Shown one piece after another: positions 62,557-64,000 of a stretch of 64,000 bases of DNA. Within the stretch, counting starts at the first letter, position 1. Each line of letters opens with the position of its first letter. The notes below the pieces were generated by a model that worked only from the letters and a program-made list of their open reading frames with translations, was not told the origin of the DNA and ran no database searches. A program made the translations under genes and the position numbers. Source of the stretch: Octopus bimaculoides (lineage: Eukaryota); NCBI RefSeq assembly GCF_001194135.2, contig NC_068987.1, positions 18,964,188-19,028,187 on the forward strand, read 5' to 3'.

Positions 62557-62839
62557 ATACTTACAAATCAATGTATTCCGTATTCCGAATCTGGTAAAAA
62601 CAGTAATAGCCTGCGTATTGTCAGAGGCCACGAGAGCAAACTAAGCTTTCACCACTCACAACGTCCTGATCGTGAATGTCCATATAACAACAAAATCATA
62701 AAGGGAATATCATTAATGGTTTTTGCAGTGCCATTTGCACTCGATCTCTCCATAAATGTACAGAACATCTGATTAACCGTGCGAAGCTCTGGTAAACGTT
62801 AAGATACTAATTACAATGACCTATAAAGGGATTTAACTC
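62557..62839 (-). promoter_or_regulatory. Promoter/first-exon module M6 (ZNF-6)
   Basis: ATACTTACAAATCAAT (donor at 62564); CAACAAAATCATAAAG core; AGGGATTTAACTC at 62827-62839; GA repeat upstream. Confidence 0.65.
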
Positions 62840-64000
62840 GATTTTTCACTCAGAGAGAAAGAGAGACAGACAGAAAGAGAGACAGACAGAGAGAGAGTCT
62901 CCTCTCCTTATAAATTAGTCTTTGAAGTGAAATAAATTCTTAGCGTCACAAGAAAAGGGCTTATTTTCTGTCAGTTGTCAATGCAGTTAAGTCTGTCTAT
63001 TATCTTTTACTTGTTCAGTCACTGGACTGCGGCCATGCTGGAGTATCTCTGTGAAGGGTTTAGTTTAACAAATCGACCCTGTACTTACATTTTCAAAATC
63101 TGGTACTTATTCTATCGGTCGTTTTTTGCCATGCCTCTAATTTACAAGGAAGTTAAACTTCTTACCACACAGCCATACCTGCGTTAGAATTAGTGAAAAA
63201 CTACTACAAATAACAATAACAAACACGTCAATTAACGAGGGGTAATAATGGATTGTTTCGTATTTACCTTTCTGTAATAAATTGGCTAGTTAATTACTTA
63301 GGGTAATTACATATACAGTCACTTCGATTGCTTGTCTGTCCAGTCAACAAAGAAGCCGATAGGCAGTTGTTCGATTGCTAGAAATAGCAGCTAACTTCCC
63401 ACAACTGTGAATGAAAGCTTAAAAGTCTTACAATAAAAGATAAATATACGTCGGACATCAGTGTTCTAGATAGGTATAAAGAAGAATTGTGATAGTCATG
63501 GGTGGGACGTCTTCTCAATGAGAACTGAAATGTTAAAATAACAACTCGATATCACACACAAGGTTGACCTGACGCTATTGTAAATATTTTGTACTCGTTT
63601 TGGGATTGAACTTGGTGTCTCTTCGTTTCAAGTAAACTTTTCTCGTTAGCAAATAACGAGCTAACCACTATGAGGACGCTCGAGTTGCTGGAAATAACAA
63701 TCAAAACAAAACATTCAACGGTAACGAGGAAGACATTGATCGTTTCAATTATACATCGGTTATCGGTCTAGGATAAACTGTTTGAATATAAGATGGGCTG
63801 GTCATGGGTGGAACGCATTGATAACAGATCAGCTTGTTCGTTGCTTTAAAATCTACGTCAGATAAAATATTTGTAAACAAAAATTATCAACAGTGCTGCC
63901 CTCTATTATGATGACGTCACATGTCTACTTTTAGTTACTGAATTTATACAATGACAGAAAAGAATTTATTGTTATTAAACATATAATATTTAAGAAAACC

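Overview
AT-rich, gapped eukaryotic scaffold, most likely from an octopus or another coleoid cephalopod. This is an inference from the tRNA-headed SINE families, the (GAT)n-tailed RTE-type SINEs and the effector-less HCDICGKSF-type zinc-finger arrays. The window is a tandem cluster of six intact multi-C2H2 zinc-finger genes (11-14 fingers each, coding part in one exon): one on + (6620-7966) and five on -. A seventh gene probably lies just left of the window. A homologous ~250-300 bp promoter/non-coding first-exon module (AGGGGAACTAACTCT motif plus a GTAAGT donor) occurs eight times, once more than there are genes to serve. The five minus-strand arrays have frameshifted dead fingers on one or both sides, and four of them start at a Met inside a dead finger. 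Intergenic and intronic DNA is filled with SINEs (several with clean target-site duplications), RTE and CR1/L2-like LINE remnants, a decayed mariner transposase, and piggyBac-, hAT- and Mutator-like MITEs. There are also several long hairpins or palindromes and an inverted telomere-like TTAGGG/CCCTAA tract between two divergent promoters. No true tRNA, rRNA or CRISPR array is supported. All alignments were made by eye and identities were not computed.
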